DNA from: a virus
Taxonomy: Duplodnaviria; Caudoviricetes
Length of the DNA: 64,000 nucleotides
Strand: one strand, 5' to 3'
Virus record (IMG/VR): IMGVR_UViG_2595698621_000001
Span: 1 to 64,000 of that record
In this document: positions 17,854 through 27,957 of the stretch, piece by piece
Numbering within the stretch: the stretch's first letter is position 1
Layout of the letters: every line of letters begins with the position of its first letter
Translations under genes and position numbers: made by a program
The notes under the pieces: generated by a model
Told to the model about the DNA's origin: nothing
Database searches by the model: none
Seen by the model: only the letters and a program-made list of their open reading frames with translations

Positions 17854-18603
17854 TCAAGGAGCGAGTCGGTTCTTGCGGTTCTTGAGGTTCTCGTTATAGT
17901 ACTCGAACGTGTACGGACACCAATCTTCGGCGAGGTCGAGGATTCCTTCAGTCATCTTCCGAATCTCCCACTGAGCGTCGGCGGCAGCACGCATATCTGC
18001 GACGTGCATAAGCATCCGAGCGTTCAGCGAGACGACCATATTGACCTTCGTACCGATTGGGAGCACCATACGAGCGTTCTCAGGTGCAGCTCCGAGGTCA
18101 AGAAGCTCGTTGTACGCCATAAAAGACTCTTTCATCGCTTGCTCGTACACGTCACGACGTTTCTCGAGAATCTCTTCAGGGTCGAGGTCCTCGAACACCT
18201 CCGCAAACTCTGCGTTCCGGCCAGCGATGGTCGGGTCCTCGAGCTCGGGAATCGTCACGACAGCTTCACCGGGCGTCGGGTCTGCTTCGTCGAACGGGAC
18301 GTACCGCATACTCTGGATGTCGAAACTCGCGTGTCGGTGTCGGGTAATCTGCGCCATACAGGAGCGCGAGATACCCTCGACGTGAAACGTCGCCTGGACG
18401 TGCTCGAACGGGCCATAATGACCGTGGTCCATCAAGTTCCCGATGAGCGTTCCCTTCTTCTCCTCGATGGAGTCGCCGTCGATGCTCGACATAACCTCGC
18501 TGAACGGCATCTCTGCACCGTACTCGCTCATATAGTCGTTTCTCGCCGCTCGGCAGATGACCTCCTCTGCTTCGTCTGTCGCCTCGAGCAATTTTACCTG
18601 CAT
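17854..18603 (-). CDS. thyX: FAD-dependent thymidylate synthase
   Basis: HGHYGPFEH, QITRHRHASFDIQSMRY, ARMVLP, AQWEIR. Confidence 0.95.
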   Translation of the reverse strand: MQVKLLEATDEAEEVICRAARNDYMSEYGAEMPFSEVMSSIDGDSIEEKKGTLIGNLMDHGHYGPFEHVQATFHVEGISRSCMAQITRHRHASFDIQSMRYVPFDEADPTPGEAVVTIPELEDPTIAGRNAEFAEVFEDLDPEEILEKRRDVYEQAMKESFMAYNELLDLGAAPENARMVLPIGTKVNMVVSLNARMLMHVADMRAAADAQWEIRKMTEGILDLAEDWCPYTFEYYNENLKNRKNRLAP

Positions 18604-18733
18604 ACACGACGAGATTCCGCGGGAGAGATAGTAATAAACACGGGATAGAGACGCCTCGTCTCTGGGACAGAACCAACCGCGACCAATACTTAATGCCAGG
18701 CACCGCTAAACAGAAATCGAGAGGAGATACCAT

Positions 18734-19180
18734 ATGACGCAGGACCTCCTGACCGACCTTGGCGAAGAGTACCTGATGAAAAACGGGCTCGATGGTGTTC
18801 AGGTCACTATCGGGCTTTACAACGATTCCAGCGACCAGCTCGGTGATTCCAGCGACGTTTCGGACATCACCACAGAACCCGACGACCTGCCTCCGGGTTA
18901 CAACTACACCCGTCAATCCGCGACGGTAGAGGCCGCAGACATCTCCGGAAACTGGGGAGTCGATAACGCCTCGAAAATCACTTTCGACCTGAGTGGTTCT
19001 TCGACCTCGAACGACGTGGACACCGCGTTCGTTCTCATCGACTTCCAAGCGTCTGACACTGGTGACTCGGCGTCGAACGAGCACCTCGTCGCAAACCCCG
19101 CGCTCAGTCAGACGCGAGACATCGGGTCTATCGACACGCTGGAAATCGCTGCTGGTGACCTGGAAATCAAGGTCGACTGA
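18734..19180 (+). CDS. putative virion structural protein (tail-fibre-associated)
   Basis: IGLY..ITTEP..YTRQ..FD pattern of tail-fibre head/adapter proteins. Confidence 0.6.
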   Translation: MTQDLLTDLGEEYLMKNGLDGVQVTIGLYNDSSDQLGDSSDVSDITTEPDDLPPGYNYTRQSATVEAADISGNWGVDNASKITFDLSGSSTSNDVDTAFVLIDFQASDTGDSASNEHLVANPALSQTRDIGSIDTLEIAAGDLEIKVD

Positions 19181-19191
19181 GGTAAGAAACG

Positions 19192-20409
19192 ATGGCCGAT
19201 ACCGTCGTTTCTGACGCCGTGCGGTTTCCTCAAGACGAAGGCGTCGGGTCGATTAGTGAAGGGTCTGAGACGTGGAACAGCGCTGGGTATCTCGGCGGTA
19301 TCGCAGAGGCTCTCGGCGACTCTTCGTTCGTGCATAACGGGCTCACGTTCTCCAATCACGACGCCACCGCTGATACAATCTCAGTCGAGCCGGGACGCGC
19401 ATACGTCAAGTTCTCCTCTGTAGATGTTCAATCGCAGCTCGGAGGCGACGTGCCCGCTCACGACACTACGATGCCGTCGAGCGTGTTCTTTATGCTCGTC
19501 CTGCCTACGAGCGTCGCGTCTCTCCCGCTTCAGGACTCGACCACGTCTCCAGTGTGGGTCGCATACGCGACAGACGGGGGCGTGTCCGGTGTCTCTGCGG
19601 GTGACATCTACATTAGGACGGACGACACGGGTTCGGTGAGCGCACCGTCTCATCCGTCGGTTAAATTGGGCGAGGCGAACCCTGATGACTCGAGTGCAGA
19701 CACGAGAGCGAGCGATGGTGCAACAGTCGACCTCTCGTCTCTGACTGCTGACGACCTGACAGCGACTGACCTGACAACGACGAATCTCACTGTCCAGGAC
19801 ATACTCTCAAACGTTGATTTTCAGAATCATAACGTCACTGGAATCAACGAGCTGGAAGTCGGGTCGTTCGACAGCGACGATTATCACACCGCGCTCAGAG
19901 TTTACAGGAACGGCAACCTCATCGGGTGGCTCGACCAGTCAGGAGACGACGTGCGTCTCAAAGGGTTCGGCGGTGCAGACGCGGAGATTGTCAACGACTC
20001 GAGCGAGGGAATGGCAATTCGTTCGGGGACAGCAAACGCTGACTTCGACGCTGACCTCGAGATTAACAACGACCAAGCACTCGTCAACGACCAGGGCGAA
20101 TCTCTCGTCTACTTCAACGAAGTCAACAGTCTGAGCGACGGGGTCGCCGAACGTCCAGTACCGAGATTCGGGACTCTGCACGGGACACTCCATATCTTCA
20201 ATCAAGACGACGGAGATATTTTCAAGGGGTTCGTCTCGGATACGAGTGTGACCCTCGAACAGGACCCGGCATCGACGTTCTCGACAACTCAGGGGAACAC
20301 CGGGACGACGAACGTCTACCACGACGGGTCAGACATCGTCGTCGAGAATCAAACAGGAGCTGAGAACTTCTACGACGTGGTCTTCGTCGGTATGACACCC
20401 GGACTATAG
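19192..20409 (+). CDS. putative tail fibre/receptor-binding protein
   Basis: FPQD start, V.PGRAYV, short beta-repeats (LTADDLTATDLTTTNLTV). Confidence 0.6.
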   Translation: MADTVVSDAVRFPQDEGVGSISEGSETWNSAGYLGGIAEALGDSSFVHNGLTFSNHDATADTISVEPGRAYVKFSSVDVQSQLGGDVPAHDTTMPSSVFFMLVLPTSVASLPLQDSTTSPVWVAYATDGGVSGVSAGDIYIRTDDTGSVSAPSHPSVKLGEANPDDSSADTRASDGATVDLSSLTADDLTATDLTTTNLTVQDILSNVDFQNHNVTGINELEVGSFDSDDYHTALRVYRNGNLIGWLDQSGDDVRLKGFGGADAEIVNDSSEGMAIRSGTANADFDADLEINNDQALVNDQGESLVYFNEVNSLSDGVAERPVPRFGTLHGTLHIFNQDDGDIFKGFVSDTSVTLEQDPASTFSTTQGNTGTTNVYHDGSDIVVENQTGAENFYDVVFVGMTPGL

Positions 20410-20410
20410 T

Positions 20411-21961
20411 ATGAGCAAAACTGGACAGTCAATCACAGGCGGGAGCAAGACAGGCACAGAAGTCGTTGCTCGAGAATCCGCCTCGATGACTGTTTCTGGG
20501 TCGTCAGCGGTTTATGAATTTAATCCGGCTGTTCGTGCTGTCGAGAACGCAACTCTAACTGCAACAGGTAGCTCCTCCGCTACCGAACGTGTTTACGGCC
20601 CCAGCATCGTCAGTGAGTACGGGTCTGTCACAGGACAAACTGAATTCTCGTTAGACACCTCACCGCTCACGTTGGAAACAGCGTCGATGACTGCTACCTC
20701 GACGTTCGTAGCTAACGATGAGGGGAAGGCACGCGAGCTTTTCCTCCGCGCAGAACCCGAAAGTGAGTTCTCTGTCAACGAGAAAGCGATACTTGTCGAG
20801 GCTGGGACAGCGAGCGGGTCGTTCGTCGGAGAAGTCAACGAGTTAGGTGTCGCCGACGAGACGCCTTCCTCGACTAACCAGGCAGTGTTTACAGTCGCAG
20901 GTTTCGGTATCCTCGCTGACAGCGCCTCGGCTACAGCGTCCTCTGTCCTCGATGTTTTCGACGAATCCATAGCTCAAGAGGATGGGAATATCTCGGTGGT
21001 TTCGGAGGTTGAACCGTCTGACACTCGCTCGGTGGCAACCGAGAAACCGACCGTCACTCCCGACATAGAGATGAGGGCATCGGCATCGTCGTTCCTTGGT
21101 GCCTCTGCTTCGATGAACATCTCGTTCTCACCCGAAGTCAACGACGTAGCTCTCGCGTTCGAGGACGTAGAAGCTGCGGGTTCGTTCGTCAGTGCTACGC
21201 TCGACGAAGGACTCGCCGCGGAGGTCGCTATTCAACGAGCAGACACTGTTCAGGACGTGGGAGACGAAGCGGCTGCTACAGATATCGCAGAAGTTCCTAT
21301 CGTCGTCGAGGTCTCACAAACTGATAGCGTTCTCGTGAGTGAGCAAATCTCCCTCGACCTCGATGTTACTGTCTTCACCGTTGAGCAGGAGCAATACATC
21401 CTCGAGTCTTCGTCGCTCACAGCGGATGGGTCCTCGTCCACGACGGAAAGCACCTTCGTCGATGAAAAACCAGAGCAGACCATCGTCTCGTCGTTCTCTG
21501 CGAACGCTGAGGGTTCGGGCCAGGCAGTAACCTCACCTGTGTCCGTTGACGCGGTGGGAGATGTGACAGACCAGGCAGTTGCGTCTGAGGTTGGTTCTGT
21601 CTCGCAGTCGTTCCTCACGTCCATCGACGAATCCGCCGCGGCACTCGAGACGCCGAGCATCGACACTGACGTGATTCTCTCCATCGTCGATTCTGCGACA
21701 GTCGGCGAGACAACAGAGGTGGTGAAACTTGCAGTCAGTAGTGACCTCACAGCGGACGAGATAGCCTCCGCCTCCGAACGAGGAGAAATCCTCATCGACT
21801 CGATTCTCGAGTTTGCCGAGGGTCGAACGATTGGCGAGAGAATTCTCGTCCTCACAGGTCTCTTCGCTGACCGGGACACGTTCACTACCTCGTTCGACAC
21901 GACAGTAGAGCTCGAAGGCGATGGAGAGAATAAGACGGAGCTGACGGGGGTCTACGAGTAA
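20411..21961 (+). CDS. putative repetitive fibre protein
   Basis: Ser/Thr/Ala/Val/Glu-rich with ~20-aa periodic pattern. Confidence 0.55.
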   Translation: MSKTGQSITGGSKTGTEVVARESASMTVSGSSAVYEFNPAVRAVENATLTATGSSSATERVYGPSIVSEYGSVTGQTEFSLDTSPLTLETASMTATSTFVANDEGKARELFLRAEPESEFSVNEKAILVEAGTASGSFVGEVNELGVADETPSSTNQAVFTVAGFGILADSASATASSVLDVFDESIAQEDGNISVVSEVEPSDTRSVATEKPTVTPDIEMRASASSFLGASASMNISFSPEVNDVALAFEDVEAAGSFVSATLDEGLAAEVAIQRADTVQDVGDEAAATDIAEVPIVVEVSQTDSVLVSEQISLDLDVTVFTVEQEQYILESSSLTADGSSSTTESTFVDEKPEQTIVSSFSANAEGSGQAVTSPVSVDAVGDVTDQAVASEVGSVSQSFLTSIDESAAALETPSIDTDVILSIVDSATVGETTEVVKLAVSSDLTADEIASASERGEILIDSILEFAEGRTIGERILVLTGLFADRDTFTTSFDTTVELEGDGENKTELTGVYE

Positions 21962-21962
21962 A

Positions 21963-22373
21963 ATGGCGCTCGTCGGTATCTTTAACGCGACACAGGGGTT
22001 AGAGGGGAATACAGTGACTAAAACGAACCAGAAAGTAGGCGGCAAGGACGACCCGTACTACGCAGGTGACTCGCTTACAATCGAGGTGACTGTCGAGACA
22101 CCCAACGGAGGAGCGTTCGACCTGACAGGCGGAACAATCTCTTGGGCGCTCGCCGACCACAGCGGCGCAGAGGCAGACCTGACTGACGAGGACTCGGGAG
22201 TGACGACCGGAATCGTAAATGCCTCGGAAGGACGTCTCGAGGTAGTCATCGACTCGGGTGCGACAGATGACCTCGCCGGGAAGAAGTATCACGAGCTCGA
22301 GGTCGAGTCGGCAGATGGAGACAAGACGACAGTTCTCACGGGTCCGTTCATCATCCGCGAGGATACTGTCTAA
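21963..22373 (+). CDS. BppU-like Ig-fold baseplate/fibre protein
   Basis: GDS..I.V..FDLTG....G.LEV.I...T..L.GK.YHELEV...G...TVL.G. Confidence 0.6.
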   Translation: MALVGIFNATQGLEGNTVTKTNQKVGGKDDPYYAGDSLTIEVTVETPNGGAFDLTGGTISWALADHSGAEADLTDEDSGVTTGIVNASEGRLEVVIDSGATDDLAGKKYHELEVESADGDKTTVLTGPFIIREDTV

Positions 22374-22499
22374 CGAAGAGACGCACGTTGTGAGCGGTTC
22401 CTTTTCTACACGACCCATCGTAGGCGCTCGGGTGAGAGGTCGAGAGAGGTCGGCGGCTCTTGTGCGAGACAGGACGCTGAGGACGAAGGGAAGGTAAGA

Positions 22500-23264
22500 T
22501 TAACGAGTCGTCCGAACCGAAGTGGGGTCAGTCGGTATCTCGCCCTCGACCTGCGAGTACCTAGAGATGTACGAGTGAACAGTCGATTCCGAGAACCCGC
22601 ACGCCGCGGCCATCGTCGCGTTGTCAGTCCCCCACTCTCGCGCTATGTGCCACGTCGTCGAGAGCGCCTTCCTGCCTTTGTGCTTCGTGTCCTCGTATGA
22701 AAATCCTTCTTCTTCCCATACCATATCACGAACCGTCTGCGGGCTGAGGCCGAGACGTTTCGACGCCGTCTCCATATCGAGGACGTAGTACGCGGCACGT
22801 TCGAGCCACTCGATACGTTGCTCGTGCAGTGTTTCGCGCAGGGCAGGAGAAACGCCGGGTGGGCACTCCTCTCGATGAGCGTTCTCCTGACGAACACCAC
22901 CAAACTTCGCCCCGCACTTCGGACACTCGACGAAGATGTTGGAGTACGTGCGGGCGTTCGGGTTCGTCGGGTTGACCCACCAATTCTTCCCAGACATCGG
23001 CGACTTCCACGACCCGACCATCTCCATCATCTCGTTCGAGATACCGTAGACCTTCCTGTCGTCGTCAACGACGTTCTTGAGCTTGAACGTGATTTTATAC
23101 TTGTACTCCTTCCCGTCGTCAACCCACGCCTCGAACGACGAGCGAACCTCAGCGAGCAACTCGAACGGGTTGTAGACTCTGCTGTTGTAAGGCAGCAGGA
23201 AGTGGAACACGTCGTCCCGGTCGAGTTGTCGCTCGCTCATATTATTCTGTGTTGCTTGGGCCAC
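22500..23264 (-). CDS. Zn-finger/HTH protein
   Basis: CPKCG..H...C; two HTH-like segments. Confidence 0.6.
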   Translation of the reverse strand: MAQATQNNMSERQLDRDDVFHFLLPYNSRVYNPFELLAEVRSSFEAWVDDGKEYKYKITFKLKNVVDDDRKVYGISNEMMEMVGSWKSPMSGKNWWVNPTNPNARTYSNIFVECPKCGAKFGGVRQENAHREECPPGVSPALRETLHEQRIEWLERAAYYVLDMETASKRLGLSPQTVRDMVWEEEGFSYEDTKHKGRKALSTTWHIAREWGTDNATMAAACGFSESTVHSYISRYSQVEGEIPTDPTSVRTTR

Positions 23265-23436
23265 GGATGATTCTGACGCCGATGCTCAGGAGCAACACAC
23301 CTGCCGCGAGGGCGACGAAAGCCTCGAAACCTGAGTCGATTGCTGACTGGGTTGACTCAGGAAGGTGTGTCCAGCCGATTCCGATGAGGAATCCGATGAG
23401 CAGGGGGATGAAGTCATCCTCGAGAAACTCACCCAT
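23242..23436 (-). CDS. small 2-TM membrane protein
   Basis: Two hydrophobic helices. Confidence 0.6.
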   Translation of the reverse strand: MGEFLEDDFIPLLIGFLIGIGWTHLPESTQSAIDSGFEAFVALAAGVLLLSIGVRIIRGPSNTE

Positions 23437-24010
23437 CTTCCTCCTCCTCGAAGTCGTCGAGATTTCCTTCGCGGATGCCCTTCAGACGACGCTCGAACTC
23501 CTTCTTCTTCGCTCGTGCGTGTTTCATCTTCTCGGCGTTGATGGTGTAGTCACCGTCTGTACCGAGTAGGCACCCGAAGGTCTCCATATCCTCGTAAGGA
23601 ACCTTCGTCCCGTTGTCCTCAGCGAAGTACTGGAACAGCTCGATAGGGAACAGGAACGCACGGTCCTCTTCCCACCCAGCCTTCGACTCGGGGTCACCGC
23701 GTGCCTCGAGAGAGACGAAGATGTCTCGTCCCGACAGCTCCATATACTCGACCTGCGACTCGATTTGCTCGGGGTCGTAGTTGCCGTTGAAGTAGAAGTA
23801 GTACTTCGTGTTGATTGTCTTGCACTCGACACCGACATACATCGACTCGATTGGCGAGTCAACGATGAGGTCACCAGTTATCTGGTCTGCCTGAAACCCG
23901 TGACCTGACCGAGCGCTGAACGATTGTCTCCTGAGGAGAACGACGCCATCCTGCCCGACCGAGTCCTCGAGCGCGTGCCAGATTTTGTCCTCGAACGATT
24001 TTCCACCCAT
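23429..24010 (-). CDS. Holliday-junction resolvase-like PD-(D/E)xK nuclease
   Basis: GKSFE..GDLIV..GVECK (Hjc/RecU-type). Confidence 0.75.
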   Translation of the reverse strand: MGGKSFEDKIWHALEDSVGQDGVVLLRRQSFSARSGHGFQADQITGDLIVDSPIESMYVGVECKTINTKYYFYFNGNYDPEQIESQVEYMELSGRDIFVSLEARGDPESKAGWEEDRAFLFPIELFQYFAEDNGTKVPYEDMETFGCLLGTDGDYTINAEKMKHARAKKKEFERRLKGIREGNLDDFEEEEDG

Positions 24011-24012
24011 CG

Positions 24013-24324
24013 TTAGTACCTCTTACCGTGTTTGTACTCGCGGTCACGGTTCGCCGCGTTCTTCTCTTTGATTTCTTCCTCGAGGTCGATACCTTCCGTC
24101 TCTGCGTGGTCCATCACTCGGATGACGATGTCCGCAAGCTCCTCGGCGTACTCCTGCTCGTCGCCTTCGCGGTCAGCCTCGAGAGCTTCGGACACCTCCG
24201 AGTGGATGAGAGCGAGGATTTTCGCTCGGCTGCGTTCGTCTACTCCTGCGTCGTCGCCTTCGTGGAAACCGCTTTCCTCGGCGATGAGCCACGCTTCTTG
24301 CTGTAGGTCGGTGAAGTCAGTCAT
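24013..24324 (-). CDS. MazG-like NTP pyrophosphohydrolase
   Basis: LALIHSEVSEALEA..EELADIVIR..K...N..R.YKHGK. Confidence 0.85.
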   Translation of the reverse strand: MTDFTDLQQEAWLIAEESGFHEGDDAGVDERSRAKILALIHSEVSEALEADREGDEQEYAEELADIVIRVMDHAETEGIDLEEEIKEKNAANRDREYKHGKRY

Positions 24325-25772
24325 TCTTCTGCTTTGAGGTTGTGAACCGGCGTCAGTGTTTCGAGAATCTCTGCTGTCTCGTCGATACGCTCGAGGACCA
24401 CTTCCTGGTCCTTGTACGCCATCGGCGCTTCGTCGAGCGTGTCCTCGTTGACCGAAGTCGAGAAGATGCCGTCCATCTCCTGCGTGAAGGTAGCGAGGTC
24501 GAACGTGTCGAACGCCCAACGACGAGAACCGCGTCGTCCGGCGCCGTGAGGGGCGCTCGAGTTCCAGGCGTCGTTGCCCTTACCTCGGACGATAATCGAC
24601 CCGTCGCGCATATTGAACGGGATAACGCCCTTCTCTCCGTCGTGGACGCGGGTCGCCCCCTTTCGGATGATGAGGTCCTCGAAGTCGATGTAGTTGTGTG
24701 TCGATACCACCTTCTCTTTCACGTCCGTCTGAAGGATAGCAGTGACGTTTTGCGTCATCAGATGACGCGACTCTGCCGCGTAGGTCTGCGCGAAAATCAT
24801 ATCACGCAGGTACCCGTGACGGTCCTCGCCTTCGAGGTAGTCGAGGTCGCTGCCTCCTGCGTTCTCTCGAACGTAGTCGGTTACCTGCTTCAGGCGGTTG
24901 ACCATCTCACCGATACGCTCGCCTTCGAGACGAGAGCGAATCTCATCGGTGTCCTTCCAATCCTCGCCCATACCGCCCTGCACCCAGTTGAGGAGTTCTC
25001 GGTCGGACACGTCGTCGAGGTCGGGTTTGTAGTACGCGCTCGGGATTTGAGAGAGACGGTGTCGCACTTCCTTCGCTCTGTCGTCACAGGCCTGGTGCGC
25101 CTGCTCCTGCCAATACTGAGCAATCGCCATCCCGATACCTCGAGAACCGGAGTGAACGACGACCCAGAAATCACCCGTCTGCTCCGAACGGGAAATCTCG
25201 ACGAAGTGATTGCCACCACCGAGCGTTCCGATGCTCGTGATTGCTCGGTTCACGTTGTATCCCACGCGCTTGCAGAGGTCGAGGAGATACTCCTTCCCGT
25301 AGTCAGGAGACTCGATGTACCCACCTGACCAGTTCTCGTTGAGCATCTCGAGTTTCTCCTCGCACTCGTCCCACGGGAACTCGTTGACCATATGATATTG
25401 ACGAGACGCCTTCGTATCTCCCCAGGTGTTTCGACCCATCGGGACGCGGTGACGAATCTGCTCGTCGAGCGACCGCATAAGGTCGGAGTTCCCGAGTCGA
25501 TTCTCGAGCATCTCAGGCCGACCGAGGTTGTACGCGGTCATCCCGCAGCCGATGTCTACTCCTACGGTGTTCGGGACGATTCTCTCGCCGAGCGGCATCG
25601 TAAACCCGATAACCGCTCCTGCGCCGGCGTGCCCGTCGGGCATAATCTTCACGTCGCCCTCAAACGCCTCGTGGTTGACCATCCTCTGAACCTGCTCGAC
25701 GAAGGTCTCGTCCACGGCGTCGGTTTTCACGTCGGCGGATGTGTACTCGCCGTCGATTTGTAGTTGACTCAT
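24321..25772 (-). CDS. rtcB: RtcB RNA 3'-phosphate/2',3'-cyclic phosphate:5'-OH ligase
   Basis: MPDGHAG, VGVDIGCG, GTLGGGNHF, HSGSRG, HNY, RKGA, SAPHGAGR, DEAPMAYK. Confidence 0.95.
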   Translation of the reverse strand: MSQLQIDGEYTSADVKTDAVDETFVEQVQRMVNHEAFEGDVKIMPDGHAGAGAVIGFTMPLGERIVPNTVGVDIGCGMTAYNLGRPEMLENRLGNSDLMRSLDEQIRHRVPMGRNTWGDTKASRQYHMVNEFPWDECEEKLEMLNENWSGGYIESPDYGKEYLLDLCKRVGYNVNRAITSIGTLGGGNHFVEISRSEQTGDFWVVVHSGSRGIGMAIAQYWQEQAHQACDDRAKEVRHRLSQIPSAYYKPDLDDVSDRELLNWVQGGMGEDWKDTDEIRSRLEGERIGEMVNRLKQVTDYVRENAGGSDLDYLEGEDRHGYLRDMIFAQTYAAESRHLMTQNVTAILQTDVKEKVVSTHNYIDFEDLIIRKGATRVHDGEKGVIPFNMRDGSIIVRGKGNDAWNSSAPHGAGRRGSRRWAFDTFDLATFTQEMDGIFSTSVNEDTLDEAPMAYKDQEVVLERIDETAEILETLTPVHNLKAEE

Positions 25773-26458
25773 TCTTGTTCTCCTGAGTGGAGCTGACGGT
25801 ATATCGACTTCGCTCGCTTCTCTCCTATACCGTCGATTTCTGCGAGGTCCTCCACGTCAGCAGATAATGCTTCGGCGAGTGTCCTATACCTTCGTTCCAA
25901 GATATCCGCCGTCTCTGGCCCTACACCGTCGAGAGCACCGAAGGCGCGCTTAACATACCCCGCGTCCTTTTCGACCGTAGACGCCTGGAGAGACGAAGCA
26001 GACGGGTCCTCTTTGTGTTTCCGGGCGAGACGTATCGCCATATCGACGAGCCCATCCGCGTCAGAACAGAATCGGACACCGTCGAGATACCTCACGTCAG
26101 TCGAAGCGACGCTCCCGACGAGAGACTGCGGAGCGATATTCGTTCCTGTCAGCGAACGGAAGTCCTCCTGATTCCCCTCGATGAGGATGTACGCGGGACC
26201 GTCGAAGTCAGCGAGCTTCTGAATCTGCTCGTCGAGGCGCGTGCCTTCTTTTCCCATCAACGTGCCCGCGTAGTCGCTCGGCGTCTTCCGCTCAACGACA
26301 ACCGTGAGGTCGCTGTCGTCGAAGGTGAGATGGACGTCGCCTTCATCGAGGGCAGAGAGTGTCCATCCTTCCACCTCGTCGTGGTTGTCGAGTGCGAGTA
26401 GCATCTGCGGTGCGTCCTGCTCGTGTACGTCGAGTTTGATATTGACTTTTTCTTTCAT
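25769..26458 (-). CDS. ERCC4 (XPF/Hef-type) nuclease with HhH
   Basis: D.HE, GD, VERK..DY, LIEG, GVGP..A and GIGEKRA. Confidence 0.85.
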   Translation of the reverse strand: MKEKVNIKLDVHEQDAPQMLLALDNHDEVEGWTLSALDEGDVHLTFDDSDLTVVVERKTPSDYAGTLMGKEGTRLDEQIQKLADFDGPAYILIEGNQEDFRSLTGTNIAPQSLVGSVASTDVRYLDGVRFCSDADGLVDMAIRLARKHKEDPSASSLQASTVEKDAGYVKRAFGALDGVGPETADILERRYRTLAEALSADVEDLAEIDGIGEKRAKSIYRQLHSGEQE

Positions 26459-26610
26459 TCTGGGTCCTCCACTTCACCAATACCGCCAGCGAGCGAGCCC
26501 ATAGCGTTCGGTGCGCAGTCAGGACAGGCGTGAACTGTCCCGTCGTTGTCGCCCATCACTCTCGCCCACTCGCTCGAGACGTGAGAGTCGCAGTTCCGAC
26601 ACTCAGGCAT
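26455..26610 (-). CDS. haloarchaeal zinc-finger microprotein
   Basis: MPECRNCDSHVS..WARVMGD....VHACPDC. Confidence 0.7.
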   Translation of the reverse strand: MPECRNCDSHVSSEWARVMGDNDGTVHACPDCAPNAMGSLAGGIGEVEDPE

Positions 26611-27115
26611 CCTCTTCGTCCTCTGTCTCATACCGCACGTCGCTCTCGAAGTCGTCTGCCGGGTCCCGTTCGTCACCAGCGAGGAACGACTCGAAGTTGT
26701 GGTACACGCGGTCGGGCGCGTGCCCGAGGTCGCGCAGTTTCCCTTCATACGCGACGAGACGGCGATTCATCTCCCGCTCTGACCGTTTCCGGGCACGCCA
26801 CTGCTGAAACGCGAGAGCGACCGAGATGACGACGAGAACGCCCAGCGTGAGCGTCAGCATCTCAGGCATCTTCGGGTGCCTCCTCGGGCAAGTCGAACCG
26901 CTTGCGAGGACCACCCTCGCGTTCGCCTGGGCAGTAGTAATCCATCGCTTTCCGAATCCGAATCTGGTTGTGGTTCGACCGGTCAACGTCCATCGCTTTG
27001 CAGACATCGACGACGGTCGCCGTCTCCCGCAGGTCGCAGTGACGAGTCAGGAACCGTCGAACGACGACACCCGCTCGGTCGTAGGTGATTTTCTCTTCTT
27101 CCGAGTAGAAACTGC

Positions 27116-27577
27116 TCATTTGAGACCCCTCCGTTCGAGGAGGATGCTTTCGTCCTCACCTTTCACATACCGTATTTTGTCGCTCTTGCGCAACTGAACG
27201 TGGATTCCTTCGGGAATCTCCTCATCGGTGTCTTCCCGTGCGTCCACGAGCTCCGCGTGCGACTCGAACCGTTCCTGAACGACAGGCACTCCTCGCCGGT
27301 CGCCTGACTCCGTGAGCGCGTCCCGGAGAGTGACGAACACCCACCAGAACTTCTCCTGGTCGAGCGACGCGAACAGCGAAGTAGGCGTCTGTGCCCACTC
27401 CTCGTCAGCGAGGTCCTCGTCGTCCTCAATCTCCTCACCCTGCGTATCGACTTCGTCGTAGTCCTCTTTCACGCCTACGGGGTCAGATGGGTTGTCGTTG
27501 TCCTGTTCCTCGGTATCGTCGTCGCCGTCCTCCGTCTCATCGACGATGGTCGGCTTGTTGCTGAACGGGTTAGTCAT
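27116..27577 (-). CDS. hypothetical protein
   Basis: Acidic N-terminus; coupled ORF. Confidence 0.65.
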   Translation of the reverse strand: MTNPFSNKPTIVDETEDGDDDTEEQDNDNPSDPVGVKEDYDEVDTQGEEIEDDEDLADEEWAQTPTSLFASLDQEKFWWVFVTLRDALTESGDRRGVPVVQERFESHAELVDAREDTDEEIPEGIHVQLRKSDKIRYVKGEDESILLERRGLK

Positions 27578-27956
27578 TATCTTCGGGGATGAAGTCGTCC
27601 TCGATGACTTTCACAGTCATCTCGATTACTCTTTTCTCTGTGCCGTTCTCCATAATCGTATCCTGCGACTCGAAGTCGTCTGCCCAACGTTCGAGGTACA
27701 GCGACCAGTCGTTGAGTTTCCGCTCGTACATCCGACCGGTACGCCACTGCGAAAACGGGATACGAAGGAGAATGTTATCGTTCGCGCTCGTGAGCAACGC
27801 TTGGAAGTGAGTGCCCGCTGACTGCGCCTGATACGCCATCCGATAGCAGTCCTCAGTCAGGTGCCTCTCGATGAGGTGCTTCGGCAAACTCAGGTAGTTC
27901 GACGGCGGGACTTTCACTTCGACCTCGTACTTTTCTTTTCCTTCCTGGCCGAACAT
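27570..27956 (-). CDS. hypothetical protein
   Basis: Coupled ORF. Confidence 0.65.
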   Translation of the reverse strand: MFGQEGKEKYEVEVKVPPSNYLSLPKHLIERHLTEDCYRMAYQAQSAGTHFQALLTSANDNILLRIPFSQWRTGRMYERKLNDWSLYLERWADDFESQDTIMENGTEKRVIEMTVKVIEDDFIPEDND

Positions 27957-27957
27957 A

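Noticed and set aside
22373-22500. CTGAGGA and purine-rich repeats in a convergent intergenic gap
   Set aside because: No GAAA or hammerhead stems; probably terminator sequence.
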